From Sedimentisphaerales bacterium (GTDB lineage: Bacteria > Planctomycetota > Phycisphaerae > Sedimentisphaerales > SM23-30): a DNA stretch of 64,000 nt. Under the pieces are notes generated by a model. It did no database searches and was not told the origin of the DNA. It saw only the letters and a list, made by a program, of their open reading frames with translations. The stretch covers positions 32,001 through 96,000 of the forward strand of contig CAXXFK010000019.1 of the NCBI GenBank assembly GCA_963663965.2, written 5' to 3'. Positions 16,299 through 26,837 of the stretch are shown one piece after another. Positions within the stretch are counted from its first letter, which is position 1. The number at the start of each line of letters is the position of its first letter. Both the position numbers and the translations under genes were made by a program.

Positions 16299-18128
16299 AT
16301 GGCACACAAAATACCCGGCTATGGATTTAAGCGTGATCTGGAGCGGATGCTGAACGCCGGCCAGACGAGAAGTATTGTATTAACGGGCAATATTCACGAC
16401 TGGTTCTATCGTGCGGATGATGAAGCGGATGAAAGCTCCGGCGGGCGCTATATGCTGCTGTTGGAGTATCTGGTTTCGCGTTGGAATATTCAGGATCTGG
16501 CGCAGTTCGCGCTGGTGGTTTATGAACTGAACGGTCCGATCCGGGTGGTGAATCCCGAGGTGGCCGAACAGTTGCGTGACGCCTGGGTGACGATGGTATC
16601 CGGGTACAGCCCTCAGGAACTGGCGATCCGTAAGTTGGCCGGGGAACCCGTGGCCGACCGGCAAAGTCTGGCACGCCAGTTTGACGATGCGTTGCATGAG
16701 GCGCTGGCCAATCCCACTTCAGCGCTCGAGATGCTGCGGCAGTTTTGCATCATTTCGCGGGCGCAACACAATGGTAAACCGCTATTCAAAAAGAACCTGA
16801 TCATCCTGATCGAAGGGGCCGATTTTCTGATTCCCCAGGGTGAGATTCCGCGCTTGTCGGAGGCCGACCGTAAACGGGTCATGATCTGCCGCGACTGGTT
16901 CTGCGATCCGGAATTTATGACCGGAAACGATTCGGTCATCCTGCTGACTGAATCGAAAATGGCGCTGAACCAGGAAATTACCCGGCTGCCCCAGTTGCTG
17001 GAGGTGAAAGTGCCGGCGCCGGACCTGGATCATCGGCGCTACTTCATTTCCTGGTTCAAAAATCATCATCCTGCCGGAGAAGGCCTGAAGCTTTGGTCGA
17101 GCCAGACTGATCTGGCCGAACTTACCGCCGGATTAAGCATCCACGCGCTGATGCAATTATTGAAGTTAACCGCTTATACCGGCCAGACCTTACAGCCCGA
17201 GGATGTGGTAGCCAAGGTTCAGGAATTTATCCAGGCGCAATTGGGGGAGGAGGTGGTGGAATTCAGCCGTCCCAGCCATACGCTCAAGCAGGTGGTGGGT
17301 AATACCCGTTTAAAGGCCTTTTTGAAGGATACCTTTATTCCGCGCCTGAAGAAAACCGGCAAGGCCGGCATCTCGGGCGCCGCAGTAGCCGGGCCGCTGG
17401 GCGCGGGTAAGACCTTCATCTTTGAGGCAGTGGCCGGGGAACTGGGTTTTGTCGTGCTGGTCCTGAAAAACCTGCGCAGTAAATGGTTTGGCGAAACGGA
17501 TATCATCTTCGAGCGGTTGCGGCGCGTTCTGGAAGCGCTGGGTAAGGCGCTGATCTTTGTGGATGAGGCTGACACCCAGTTTGGCGGCCTCGGCGGTGAA
17601 ACGCACGAGACCGAACGCCGGCTGACCGGTAAAATCCAGTCGATGATGTCCGATACCAAACTGCGCGGCAAGGTGATCTGGCTGCTGATGACCGCCCGGA
17701 TCGACCGGTTATCACCAGACCTGCGGCGGCCGGGCCGGGCCGGGGATATTATTATTCCCGTACTCGATCCGGAAGGCGATGATCACGATGCCTTTGTCCG
17801 CTGGGTGCTGGGCAGTGTGATTAAAAATCCCTCGAATGAACTGGTCGACCAGGTGGCGGACTTAACCCGCGGCTATTCCGCCGCGGCATTCGATGCGGTT
17901 CGACGCGAACTGGCGGCCGAATCGGACCGGGAACAACTGGACGATGAAGAAATATTCAACCTGATTCGCAACCGCCTCCTGCCGGATATCGCCAAAACGC
18001 GCCAGATTCAATACCTGCAAGCGCTGCTGAATTGTACGCACAAACAGTTATTGCCCAGCGATATCGGCGATGATGTCGAAGCACAGCGAGAACAATGGCG
18101 GGCGGAGTTGGAAACATTGGGGTATTGA
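16299..18128 (+). CDS. AAA+ ATPase (degenerate N-terminal AAA-like domain plus intact classic AAA domain)
   Basis: Walker A GPLGAGKT, pore loop SKWFGE, Walker B IFVDEAD and arginine finger LRRPGR. Confidence 0.92.
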   Translation: MAHKIPGYGFKRDLERMLNAGQTRSIVLTGNIHDWFYRADDEADESSGGRYMLLLEYLVSRWNIQDLAQFALVVYELNGPIRVVNPEVAEQLRDAWVTMVSGYSPQELAIRKLAGEPVADRQSLARQFDDALHEALANPTSALEMLRQFCIISRAQHNGKPLFKKNLIILIEGADFLIPQGEIPRLSEADRKRVMICRDWFCDPEFMTGNDSVILLTESKMALNQEITRLPQLLEVKVPAPDLDHRRYFISWFKNHHPAGEGLKLWSSQTDLAELTAGLSIHALMQLLKLTAYTGQTLQPEDVVAKVQEFIQAQLGEEVVEFSRPSHTLKQVVGNTRLKAFLKDTFIPRLKKTGKAGISGAAVAGPLGAGKTFIFEAVAGELGFVVLVLKNLRSKWFGETDIIFERLRRVLEALGKALIFVDEADTQFGGLGGETHETERRLTGKIQSMMSDTKLRGKVIWLLMTARIDRLSPDLRRPGRAGDIIIPVLDPEGDDHDAFVRWVLGSVIKNPSNELVDQVADLTRGYSAAAFDAVRRELAAESDREQLDDEEIFNLIRNRLLPDIAKTRQIQYLQALLNCTHKQLLPSDIGDDVEAQREQWRAELETLGY

Positions 18129-18293
18129 ATGGAATTCTGACGAAGTTCCAGTTCAATGAAAAAACACGTTTTATCAAGTATGGGCTGCTGTTTGTTCTGA
18201 TATTATGCAATAAACCGTATGCAATTGGGTTGTGTAATACAATTAATGACTTATGAAACTTAAGACTGCCCATGTTTTATAAAAGGAAAGTAA

Positions 18294-19556
18294 ATGATAA
18301 GAATTCTTTATATTATGGCGTGTTTCATTCTGCTGGCAATTCATATAACCAACGCAGAAGATTCCTGGCCCAACTGGCGCGGGCCTGATTATAATAATAC
18401 GGTTACTTCAGGAACCTATCCGATCCAGTGGGATCCGCAAAAGCCGCTCTGGAAAACGGAGGTACCGGGCAAAGGGTTTTCGACGCCGGTGGTCTGGGAT
18501 CAGAAAATCTTTCTGACCAGCGGGGTGGATGGGCAGGATACCGTTCTGGCTTATGACTGGTCCGGCAAACCGCTCTGGCAGAAAGCGCTGGGACCCGAAT
18601 CGGCCGGTAAGCATCAAAACGGTTCCGGCAGCAACCCGTCAGCCGTCACTGACGGCAAGGGTGTGTTTGCTATTTTCAAGAGTGGTAATTTTGCGGCTTT
18701 TGAGCTGGATGGCTCGATCCGCTGGCAGATGAACCTGTTCGAAAAATATGGCGAAGACAGCCGTTACTGGAGTTTCGGGACATCGCCGGTTGTGACCAGG
18801 GATTATGTCGTAATGGCTCATATGCACGATGGCGATTCCTGGGTTGCGGCATTTAACAAAATGACAGGGGATGTGGTTTGGAAAGTGCCCCGCAACTATG
18901 AAACAGCCCAGGAAGGCCGCCAGGGCTATACGACTCCTGTTGTTTATACCCGCCAGGGAACCGAAGCCCTGCTGGTCTGGGGCGGTCATCATCTCACCGC
19001 GTATAAAGTCGCAGATGGTAAACTACTCTGGTCCTGCGGCGATTTTAATCCCGAGGGTTTGCGTTACTGGCCTTCGGTTGGTTCGCCTACCATCGTTGGC
19101 GATGTGGTGGTAACATCCTGTGGCCGGTCCGACCGCAATCAACCCCGCCTGCACGGTATTAAAATGGGCGGCAGCGGCGATGTAACCGCTACCCACCGCT
19201 TGTGGCAGCGTGATGATATCGGGCCGTTTATCCCCTGTCCCACGGAATATCAGGGGCGGGTGTACCTGGTGGATGACCGGGGTAAAATCAATTGCATCAA
19301 CCCGCTAACCGGCAAGGATTACTGGAACGGCGTCTTTCCCAAAGGCCGGGGAAATTACTATTCCTCACCCCTGGTTGCCGGCGGCCATCTGTACACCACC
19401 CGTGAGGATGGAATGGTATTCGTGCTGGAACTGAAAGATGAATTCAAAATCATTTCAGAAATCGATATGAAAGATAAAATCATCGCATCCCCAATCGCCG
19501 TCTCGAATCGGTTGCTGATTCGAACAGAGCATTATCTATTCTGTATTGGGGAATAA
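18294..19556 (+). CDS. PQQ-binding-like beta-propeller protein
   Basis: Signal peptide, WPNWRGP, and repeated S/TP..W motifs. Confidence 0.9.
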   Translation: MIRILYIMACFILLAIHITNAEDSWPNWRGPDYNNTVTSGTYPIQWDPQKPLWKTEVPGKGFSTPVVWDQKIFLTSGVDGQDTVLAYDWSGKPLWQKALGPESAGKHQNGSGSNPSAVTDGKGVFAIFKSGNFAAFELDGSIRWQMNLFEKYGEDSRYWSFGTSPVVTRDYVVMAHMHDGDSWVAAFNKMTGDVVWKVPRNYETAQEGRQGYTTPVVYTRQGTEALLVWGGHHLTAYKVADGKLLWSCGDFNPEGLRYWPSVGSPTIVGDVVVTSCGRSDRNQPRLHGIKMGGSGDVTATHRLWQRDDIGPFIPCPTEYQGRVYLVDDRGKINCINPLTGKDYWNGVFPKGRGNYYSSPLVAGGHLYTTREDGMVFVLELKDEFKIISEIDMKDKIIASPIAVSNRLLIRTEHYLFCIGE

Positions 19557-19597
19557 TTGCTGTTCCGCCCGCGTGGGAGTTTCTGGATTTAGCGCTT

Positions 19598-20713
19598 CTA
19601 TCTTAATGCTGCTTCCAGCGGCGTATAAGGTATCTCCAGACTGTGGGCGACGTTTTCATAGACACACTGGCCGAGATAGAGATTGGCTCCCAGGGCAATT
19701 TCACGTGAGTGTCGGCAGGCGGCTTCGAAGCCGTGCTCGGCGATCAGCAGGCCAAAGCGCAGGGTCGTACCCGTCAGCGCCAGCGTGGAGGACAGCGCAA
19801 CCGCTCCGGGCATATTGGCTACACAGTAATGAACGATGCCATCCACGATATAGACAGGATTGTCATGGGTTGTGGGCCGGGTGGTTTCGGTACAACCGCC
19901 CTGGTCGACAGAGATATCCACAATCACGGCTCCCTTTTTCATCATGCTCAGATGCTCGCGTTTAATCAGATGGGGCGCTTTGGCGCCGTGGATCAGCACC
20001 GCCCCGATGATCAGATCAGAATGCTCCAGGACATATTCAATATTGGCGTCGTTACTATATAATGTTGTAATCTGGGTGCCAAAGATATCATCCAGATAAG
20101 ACAGCCGGCTGGAATGGACATCCAGCACGGTTACATCGGCGCCAATGCCAACGGCCATTTTGCAGGCATTGGTGCCGGAAATGCCGCCGCCCAGGATCGC
20201 GATCCGCCCGCGCAGAATGCCCGGCACGCCGCCCAGCAGGATCCCCCGGCCGCCAAACGGTTTTTCCAGATATTTAGCGCCTTCCTGAATCGAAAGCCGC
20301 CCGGCAATTTCACTCATTGGTTTCAGACAGGGCAGTGAGCCATCAGCGGCTTCGATGGTTTCATAGGCAACGGCCTTGATTTTGCGTTTCAGTAGCTCTT
20401 CGGTAAGCGCTTTGTCTGCCGCCAGATGCAGATAAGTGTACAGAATCTGACCTTCGTGAAACAGGTCAAATTCCTGCGGTAACGGTTCTTTGACTTTGAT
20501 GATCATCTCACAGGCATCAAAAAGCGCTTTTTTGTCATCGGTAATCGTCGCGCCGGCGGCAATATAATCATTATCCTCAAAACCCGCCTGAACTCCGGCG
20601 CCCTGTTCCACCATGACCTGATGGCCGCGCGCACAGTAAGCTTTGACACAGGCGGGTGTCATACCAACACGATATTCATGGGTTTTAATTTCCCTGGTTA
20701 CACCAATTTTCAT
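19598..20713 (-). CDS. ald: Alanine dehydrogenase
   Basis: Motifs MKIGVTREIK..EYRV, KVKEP, YLHLAA, PMSEIAGR, DQGGC and HYCVANMPGAV. Confidence 0.97.
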   Translation of the reverse strand: MKIGVTREIKTHEYRVGMTPACVKAYCARGHQVMVEQGAGVQAGFEDNDYIAAGATITDDKKALFDACEMIIKVKEPLPQEFDLFHEGQILYTYLHLAADKALTEELLKRKIKAVAYETIEAADGSLPCLKPMSEIAGRLSIQEGAKYLEKPFGGRGILLGGVPGILRGRIAILGGGISGTNACKMAVGIGADVTVLDVHSSRLSYLDDIFGTQITTLYSNDANIEYVLEHSDLIIGAVLIHGAKAPHLIKREHLSMMKKGAVIVDISVDQGGCTETTRPTTHDNPVYIVDGIVHYCVANMPGAVALSSTLALTGTTLRFGLLIAEHGFEAACRHSREIALGANLYLGQCVYENVAHSLEIPYTPLEAALR

Positions 20714-20895
20714 TGTATAGACTCCGAACGAGGTTTAACTAACGACTTGGCCAATGGTTATTTGATATCCTGAAAAATGGCTAAATGCAAGTAAAATCAT
20801 CTGAACGGATCATTATATCATCAAAACAAGCCAAAAATAATGTCTTTATCACAGGAATCTATGACCAATTCTTAAGACAATAACAATATGTTTTT

Positions 20896-23800
20896 TTAAT
20901 CTGTCTTGGGTTCAGGGTATGGCTGTTTCCATTCCGAAGGAATACCCCGGATATGCAGATCCCGTTGCGGGAAGGGAATCTCGATCCCGTTTTTACGGAA
21001 CGCCTGATCAATTCCGTTATGCATATCGCTGATCACCGGCAGGCGGTTGTCGATATCGGGCAGGTAGATACGCAGTACCAGGTTAAGAGAACTATCGCCA
21101 AATCCTTCGAATCCGACGATCGGTTCCGGATCCTTGCAGACGCGCGGATGATCCAGGGCCACTTGACGCATCAGTTTTAACGCCAGTTCCACATTGGAGC
21201 CATAAGCGATGCCTACATTGATCACCACCCGATTAATGCTGTTGCTTAAGGTCCAGTTGAGCAATCGCCCGGTGATAAACTCTTTATTGGGGACAATATA
21301 CTCCTTACGGTCCCAGTCGGTAATCGTCGTGGCGCGGATACTGATACGAGTGACCATGCCGGTCGTGTTATCGACCGTAACAATATCCCCTACCCGAACT
21401 GGCTGGTCGAACAGGATCAGTAAGCCGGAAATGAAGTTGGCAAAAATCTCCTGTAAACCGAAACCCAACCCAACTGATAACGCGGCCACCAGCCACTGCA
21501 CCTTGGACCAGCCAATTCCCAACTCGGTGAAAAACAGGCTCACTCCAATAATCACGATAAGGTAGCGGGTGATCGTGGTAATCGCGAACCTGACGCCCCG
21601 GTCCAGGGGAATATGTTGCAGGAACACGATTTCGATCAATCCGGGACCATTTTTTGACGCGACCATGGTCATAACGACTATAACCAGGGCCAGCAGCAGG
21701 TTCCAGAGAGTCACCGCGTCTTCAGTGCCCTTGGCCCAGAGCTCGATTTTCTGAAAGGCATTCAGGGCTGGCAGAAAGTTTTTCCAGATCAGCCAGGTCC
21801 CAACGACGGCCAGCAGGATCAAAACCGACTGGAGTAAAGCCCGGGCCTGGTGTGAGATCGAGCCGATAATCTCTTTGGTGTCGGGCATTTTTTCCGCCAG
21901 TTCATCTGATAACGAGGCCGTTTCGGAGCGTGAATCCGGTTTGCTCTCAGAGAATGCCTGTTCGGCAATTTTACGTTTCATTTCCTGTAGTTTACGCATG
22001 CGTTCCTTATAGGTCAGCCGTAACTGGATAATATACAGCCATCGAAAAAGCAGTGCGCGCAGGAATAAAACTGCCAGTATGACATAGCCGGTCATAGCCA
22101 GATTCGAAAAAACCTGGACGGCGCCGTAGAAATAGCCAATCCAGGCGGCGGTGATAAACGCGATCGGTAATGTCGCCAGTAGAATAAACCAGATGTATCG
22201 AAGCCGGTAAGCCCATTTGTCCATGTTTTTTTCGTAGTAGGCGCGTAACAGCGGACCGCGCGGATTAACCAGCATGGCAATGGCGCATAACCACAGGATC
22301 TGACAGAACATGAAAGCGAACCGGCCGAGTGAATTGTACCAGTTGTCATTTTCATTTTGATTTTGGACCAAGGCGATAATAAACAGGGTGGGCAAGTACA
22401 ACGGTCCGATGAGTTGAATAACCCGGTTGACATAGCGTAGTTTATCAATGGGTAATCGAAAGTGGGCTATACCAAGGCCGGTTTCCATACAGAAAAAACG
22501 CGCCAACGCCAGAAGAGCCAGCGGTTTGACGATCGACAGGCAGCCCGCGCTGAGCGATCGGGAAAAACCAGCGCCCAGAAATGTCTGAGATCGCCACCCC
22601 AGGAATAAAAACAGTAAAGTCACAGGAGCCGCCGCCAGTACGGTCAGAAGCACCACTCTGACGGTTAACATGAAATTGTCAGAGTAAGAGTGGTTTACGT
22701 TGTCAGAAATCAATTTGATCCGGCAACAGATCGAACGGCGGGCAAAATACAAGCTGATCAGGGCCAGTAACATCGGGATATAGACCAGCAGATTTAATCG
22801 AAAATCGAGCCAGATATCCTGAACCGCCATACGCCAGTTATCCGGGGTGACCAGCCAGCGTAGCGCCTTGAAGGCATCGATCGTATCGCGTTTGAGCCGG
22901 ATAGGAAAGGCGCTGCGAACCCATAATATGTACTCATCGGTAAACCGGATAAATTCATCCGTCCGATTGACATATTGTTGTTCTGCCGCGTCCTGAGAAG
23001 CCAGAACGGAAGCGTATTGCTGGAGATAACCAACTATTTTCTGTAAAATTTCCTTCCGGGTATTCAATACTTTCCGTAATTCATCGGAAACAAAACTTTT
23101 TTGATTTTCCGGGATGACCGGATCTGCCGCGGCGATATTCTCATTGATTTTTCGATCAATATCTTTCAACTCAGACCAGGCGTCATCGTAATCATTGGTG
23201 TCCATAAAAACCTGGGAACTCTCACGGGCCCGGTCACGTATTCTTTGACGGTTGGTGGAAATGTCCGGCAATTCATTTCGTTTAGTGAGCAGCATCACCC
23301 CTAGTACATTATTGACTCCCTCTGCTGCAGTTAAACGGGTCCGGACATCTTCAAAGGTTTTTTCCAGCCTGGCGGCCTCATCCTTAATGGCGGTGGTCAA
23401 CCGGGTGGCGGTATCGATTTTATCGATCAGGTTTTTTTGATACTGGGCCAAAGCCAGGTTTTTGTCCGACCAGTCCTTCAGAATGGGATGGGTATAAACG
23501 GTAACATTGCTTTCCTGAAGCACCTTTTCCGTGGTTTTCTGGGCCTCTACTTTGCGTGCCTGACTGACCTGGTCCTGCCAGTAGGCCACGGTTTTTTCCT
23601 GTTCACGTACTTTCCGCGCGGCCAGATCCCGCCGGGCGGTCAGCCACTCAGTAGTGGCATCATAAAACAATTGTTCTTCCCGGTTGGCTTCAAGCCGGTT
23701 TTGATAACGTTGCTGGCCGGCCAGCAGCATATAGTGGTTGGCCCGGTCCACAATCGACATGTCGGCGGGTATCTGGGCCAGACGGGTTTCGATCTGGCTT

Positions 23801-24468
23801 AGTTGAGTACGGGCATTATTGACTTCCTCTGGCATTTTGGCCAGACGTTCAGAGCGAAATTTAGGCTCATTGTCCAGTTCTGAAGCGCGTTTGCGGGCGG
23901 CTTCCAGTTCGGCCTGAACCTCTTTGAGTTTTTGCTCTTTGGCATCCAGCGTCATGGCCGCAAGGTTTTGATCGGCTGGTGTGCCATTTTCTTGGGTTGC
24001 CAGGATCTTCTTGATCTCTTCCAGTTCGGCCGGGGCTTTCTGGCGGATTGCCATGAATTTATCGCGGGTTGCCAGCAATTCACCAGCGAATTTCAGATCG
24101 AATGATGCCTTGTCACAGGCATCAGAAATCGTTTTTTTTACTTCATCTGTCAGGTCGCCCGCTTCCAATCCTTGTTTTTTTAAAGCTTCAATCGTTTCCA
24201 GAGTGATTTTGGGAGTCATATTTGCCGAACTGTCACTGGAAGAAGTCAGGGTTTCAGAAGATGCTCCTGTTTCAGGAGATCCATTAAACGCATTCCCGGA
24301 AACCGCATCGGCAGCGTTGACCGTTTGCCCCGGGATTGGATTCGGCCAGAACAAAAGAACCGACAGAACACAGGTTACGACAATGAGGTATTTTATCGGT
24401 TTAAATCCAAGAGATTGATCCCTGTACATATACGGTGTCCAATTGGTGGTTTTATTGAATACTGACAA
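20896..24468 (-). CDS. MscK/KefA-like large MscS-family mechanosensitive channel
   Basis: Long periplasmic coiled coil, multiple TM helices, GLGFGLQEIFANFISGL and IEIPFPQRDLH. Confidence 0.92.
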   Translation of the reverse strand: MSVFNKTTNWTPYMYRDQSLGFKPIKYLIVVTCVLSVLLFWPNPIPGQTVNAADAVSGNAFNGSPETGASSETLTSSSDSSANMTPKITLETIEALKKQGLEAGDLTDEVKKTISDACDKASFDLKFAGELLATRDKFMAIRQKAPAELEEIKKILATQENGTPADQNLAAMTLDAKEQKLKEVQAELEAARKRASELDNEPKFRSERLAKMPEEVNNARTQLSQIETRLAQIPADMSIVDRANHYMLLAGQQRYQNRLEANREEQLFYDATTEWLTARRDLAARKVREQEKTVAYWQDQVSQARKVEAQKTTEKVLQESNVTVYTHPILKDWSDKNLALAQYQKNLIDKIDTATRLTTAIKDEAARLEKTFEDVRTRLTAAEGVNNVLGVMLLTKRNELPDISTNRQRIRDRARESSQVFMDTNDYDDAWSELKDIDRKINENIAAADPVIPENQKSFVSDELRKVLNTRKEILQKIVGYLQQYASVLASQDAAEQQYVNRTDEFIRFTDEYILWVRSAFPIRLKRDTIDAFKALRWLVTPDNWRMAVQDIWLDFRLNLLVYIPMLLALISLYFARRSICCRIKLISDNVNHSYSDNFMLTVRVVLLTVLAAAPVTLLFLFLGWRSQTFLGAGFSRSLSAGCLSIVKPLALLALARFFCMETGLGIAHFRLPIDKLRYVNRVIQLIGPLYLPTLFIIALVQNQNENDNWYNSLGRFAFMFCQILWLCAIAMLVNPRGPLLRAYYEKNMDKWAYRLRYIWFILLATLPIAFITAAWIGYFYGAVQVFSNLAMTGYVILAVLFLRALLFRWLYIIQLRLTYKERMRKLQEMKRKIAEQAFSESKPDSRSETASLSDELAEKMPDTKEIIGSISHQARALLQSVLILLAVVGTWLIWKNFLPALNAFQKIELWAKGTEDAVTLWNLLLALVIVVMTMVASKNGPGLIEIVFLQHIPLDRGVRFAITTITRYLIVIIGVSLFFTELGIGWSKVQWLVAALSVGLGFGLQEIFANFISGLLILFDQPVRVGDIVTVDNTTGMVTRISIRATTITDWDRKEYIVPNKEFITGRLLNWTLSNSINRVVINVGIAYGSNVELALKLMRQVALDHPRVCKDPEPIVGFEGFGDSSLNLVLRIYLPDIDNRLPVISDMHNGIDQAFRKNGIEIPFPQRDLHIRGIPSEWKQPYPEPKTD

Positions 24469-24532
24469 ATTAACCTGTATTGTACCTGACGTTCAGAATA
24501 AAGCAAGCAAGGATTGCCTGGCGGTGCTTTTA

Positions 24533-25312
24533 TTACCGGGTATCCGTGGTTGCTGCGATCACGATGGCAAAGACCCTTTTGACGCCGGCGCGTTTCAGCA
24601 GACGTCCAGTTGTATTTAAGGTGGCGCCGGTAGTCGTGACGTCGTCGACCAGGCAAACGGTTTGGTCTTTTATATGAGAGCCGTAGCGTAACGCGAACGC
24701 CCGGCGCAAATTTGTTCTGCGATTTCCGGCAGGGAGTTGAGCCTGGGGAACTGTGTTTTTCAACCGAACCAGATCGTGTCTTACGGGGATGGTCATACCG
24801 TTTCGTTTTAATTCGGCGCTGAGCGCCCGGGCCAGCAGGTCCGATTGATTATAACCCCGGGCCAGTTTTCTTCGCCAGTGCAAAGGGACCGGTATAAAAC
24901 AATCGATTTCATGGCGTTCGGGTCTGCCTGACAGGGCTGATGCCATTAATTGTCCCAGGTACCGGTCGAGGTGTTCCTGGCGGTTAAATTTGAATGACAC
25001 GATCAGTTCTTTAAGCGGGGAAGCATATTCTCCAATCCGTATGGTTCTGTCGATTACTGGCCGGCTATCCCTGCAAAAATGGCAGCGATCTCCTGTCAAT
25101 TCATAAGCCCCGGTGGTTTTACCACAGGTGGGACAGCCGGTTAAGGCGATCGATTCGTTCAATGCCATCCAGCACGATTGACAAATCGTATCGCCGGCAC
25201 GTTCCAGAGGAGAGCCACAGGCGGCACAGCGTGGAGGAAACAACCAGTCCATCATAGAGCCGGTTATTCGAATGGTTTCAGGCAATATGGATTGGGGCAT
25301 AAATTTTGTCAT
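24533..25312 (-). CDS. comF: ComF family protein (double zinc ribbon plus phosphoribosyltransferase)
   Basis: Motifs LFPPRCAACG, CxxC pairs, PVPLH...RGYNQS and LVDDVTTTGAT. Confidence 0.9.
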   Translation of the reverse strand: MTKFMPQSILPETIRITGSMMDWLFPPRCAACGSPLERAGDTICQSCWMALNESIALTGCPTCGKTTGAYELTGDRCHFCRDSRPVIDRTIRIGEYASPLKELIVSFKFNRQEHLDRYLGQLMASALSGRPERHEIDCFIPVPLHWRRKLARGYNQSDLLARALSAELKRNGMTIPVRHDLVRLKNTVPQAQLPAGNRRTNLRRAFALRYGSHIKDQTVCLVDDVTTTGATLNTTGRLLKRAGVKRVFAIVIAATTDTR

Positions 25313-25583
25313 GGTTTTTTTATCATATTCATATCGGTATCAAATTTCAATTCCATGTCGGAAATAGATTCTAAAAACTTTTTGCACTCAATTTGACTTT
25401 TGTTGGGTGGCTGAGAATAATTTATCAGTTGTCGGAAGACGCAGAATATCAGGGAGTTAGTGATAATGCTTTTTTATAGTATAAGGGCTGGGGGGTTCTG
25501 TGTCGGTTTTCACAGCGCCTCCAGCCAGGTAATTCTGTTTTGGCTTAGAAAAACTTAACAATTTTATTTGGAAAGGATATATT

Positions 25584-26792
25584 ATGAGATCGAAAACCAA
25601 AAAGAAGATCCAATGGATGTTAGCCATTCTTTTCCTGCTGGTTTGGGGGCAGTTGACCTGGGCTCATCTTGAACCGTCATCGGGCCCCAACATTCGTGAG
25701 CAGGTCCGTAGCGCGGAATTTATATTTCGTGGTCATGTCATTGGGGTCCAGTATCGAGATGCTGACAAGGTAATGCAGCTCGACGGGACCGCGCCGGCCT
25801 ATGAGGATGGCTTGCCGGTCTATCAGGATGGTTCCAGTACCCCCCATACCTTCGTTACTTATCAGATTGATGAGATAATTAAGGGTAATCCGCCGCAAAT
25901 TCCCGGTGCCGGTCCCACAGATAAGATCACGTTACGGTTACTGGGTGGTCCGTCTCAGGAACACCCTGAAGAAGTGCTGTTTGTGCCAACTTATCCTCAT
26001 ATGGATCTTGGAGACCAGGACTTTCTTTTTGTCAAAAATAATACCGTGTATGGTTGTCCGCTGGTGAAAGCGGAAAATGGGAGGTATCGAATTTTAAGTG
26101 ATCCCAATAAACCGACAGAGCCACCCATGGTCTATACGGACCGCGGTTTTGAAATCGTTTATCTTCCGGATGAACAGAATGCCGGAGAGATCGATACCGG
26201 TGAGTTTCATTATCTGCCGGATGTTCATACGTTTACCATTGGCAATTACCAACTGGAGCGGGATGTCATTATGGAAGAAAACGAATATAATGATCCGGCC
26301 AATAACGAGCAGCCCGAACGATCTGTACGTAAAGGCCCACATTTCCAGGCGTCTCAGTTTAGCCAGTTTCTACATCTGGTAGTAGCAGAGCTATATACAC
26401 CAGAACAACTCCGTTTATTGCCTCCGGCAGTGAGCGCCGATCCATCACAACCTTTTATAATTGAACCTCTGGATGAAAGTGGCCTGGTTGGTCTGGGATT
26501 GGAACCGGGACCGGAACCAGTAGCCCGGCCGTGGCTGGATGAACTGCCTGAAGCGAAACGGCGTGAAATTTTGGAGGCTGAATTGCTGGAAGCCGAGTTA
26601 ACCCGGACAACCGGGGGCAATCCGGTATTGCCGACGACCCCATGTGAACGTGAGATCTTTGCCGGCGGTCGAATTCCTGCTGATATCTCCGGCCCCGAAG
26701 ACAAACCGGACTGTATTGTTGACCTTTACGATCTGAAACAGATGTCCATTGACTGGTTGTCATGCCTGGGTTCGGGATGTCCGCAATTCTAA
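25584..26792 (+). CDS. Secreted hypothetical protein with C-terminal dockerin/EF-hand-like motif
   Basis: Signal peptide and C-terminal ADISGPEDKPDCIVDLYDLKQMSIDWL. Confidence 0.8.
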   Translation: MRSKTKKKIQWMLAILFLLVWGQLTWAHLEPSSGPNIREQVRSAEFIFRGHVIGVQYRDADKVMQLDGTAPAYEDGLPVYQDGSSTPHTFVTYQIDEIIKGNPPQIPGAGPTDKITLRLLGGPSQEHPEEVLFVPTYPHMDLGDQDFLFVKNNTVYGCPLVKAENGRYRILSDPNKPTEPPMVYTDRGFEIVYLPDEQNAGEIDTGEFHYLPDVHTFTIGNYQLERDVIMEENEYNDPANNEQPERSVRKGPHFQASQFSQFLHLVVAELYTPEQLRLLPPAVSADPSQPFIIEPLDESGLVGLGLEPGPEPVARPWLDELPEAKRREILEAELLEAELTRTTGGNPVLPTTPCEREIFAGGRIPADISGPEDKPDCIVDLYDLKQMSIDWLSCLGSGCPQF

Positions 26793-26837
26793 TAAAAATA
26801 ATGGCTTAAGCCAAAATAAATACAAGGAGACTTAACT

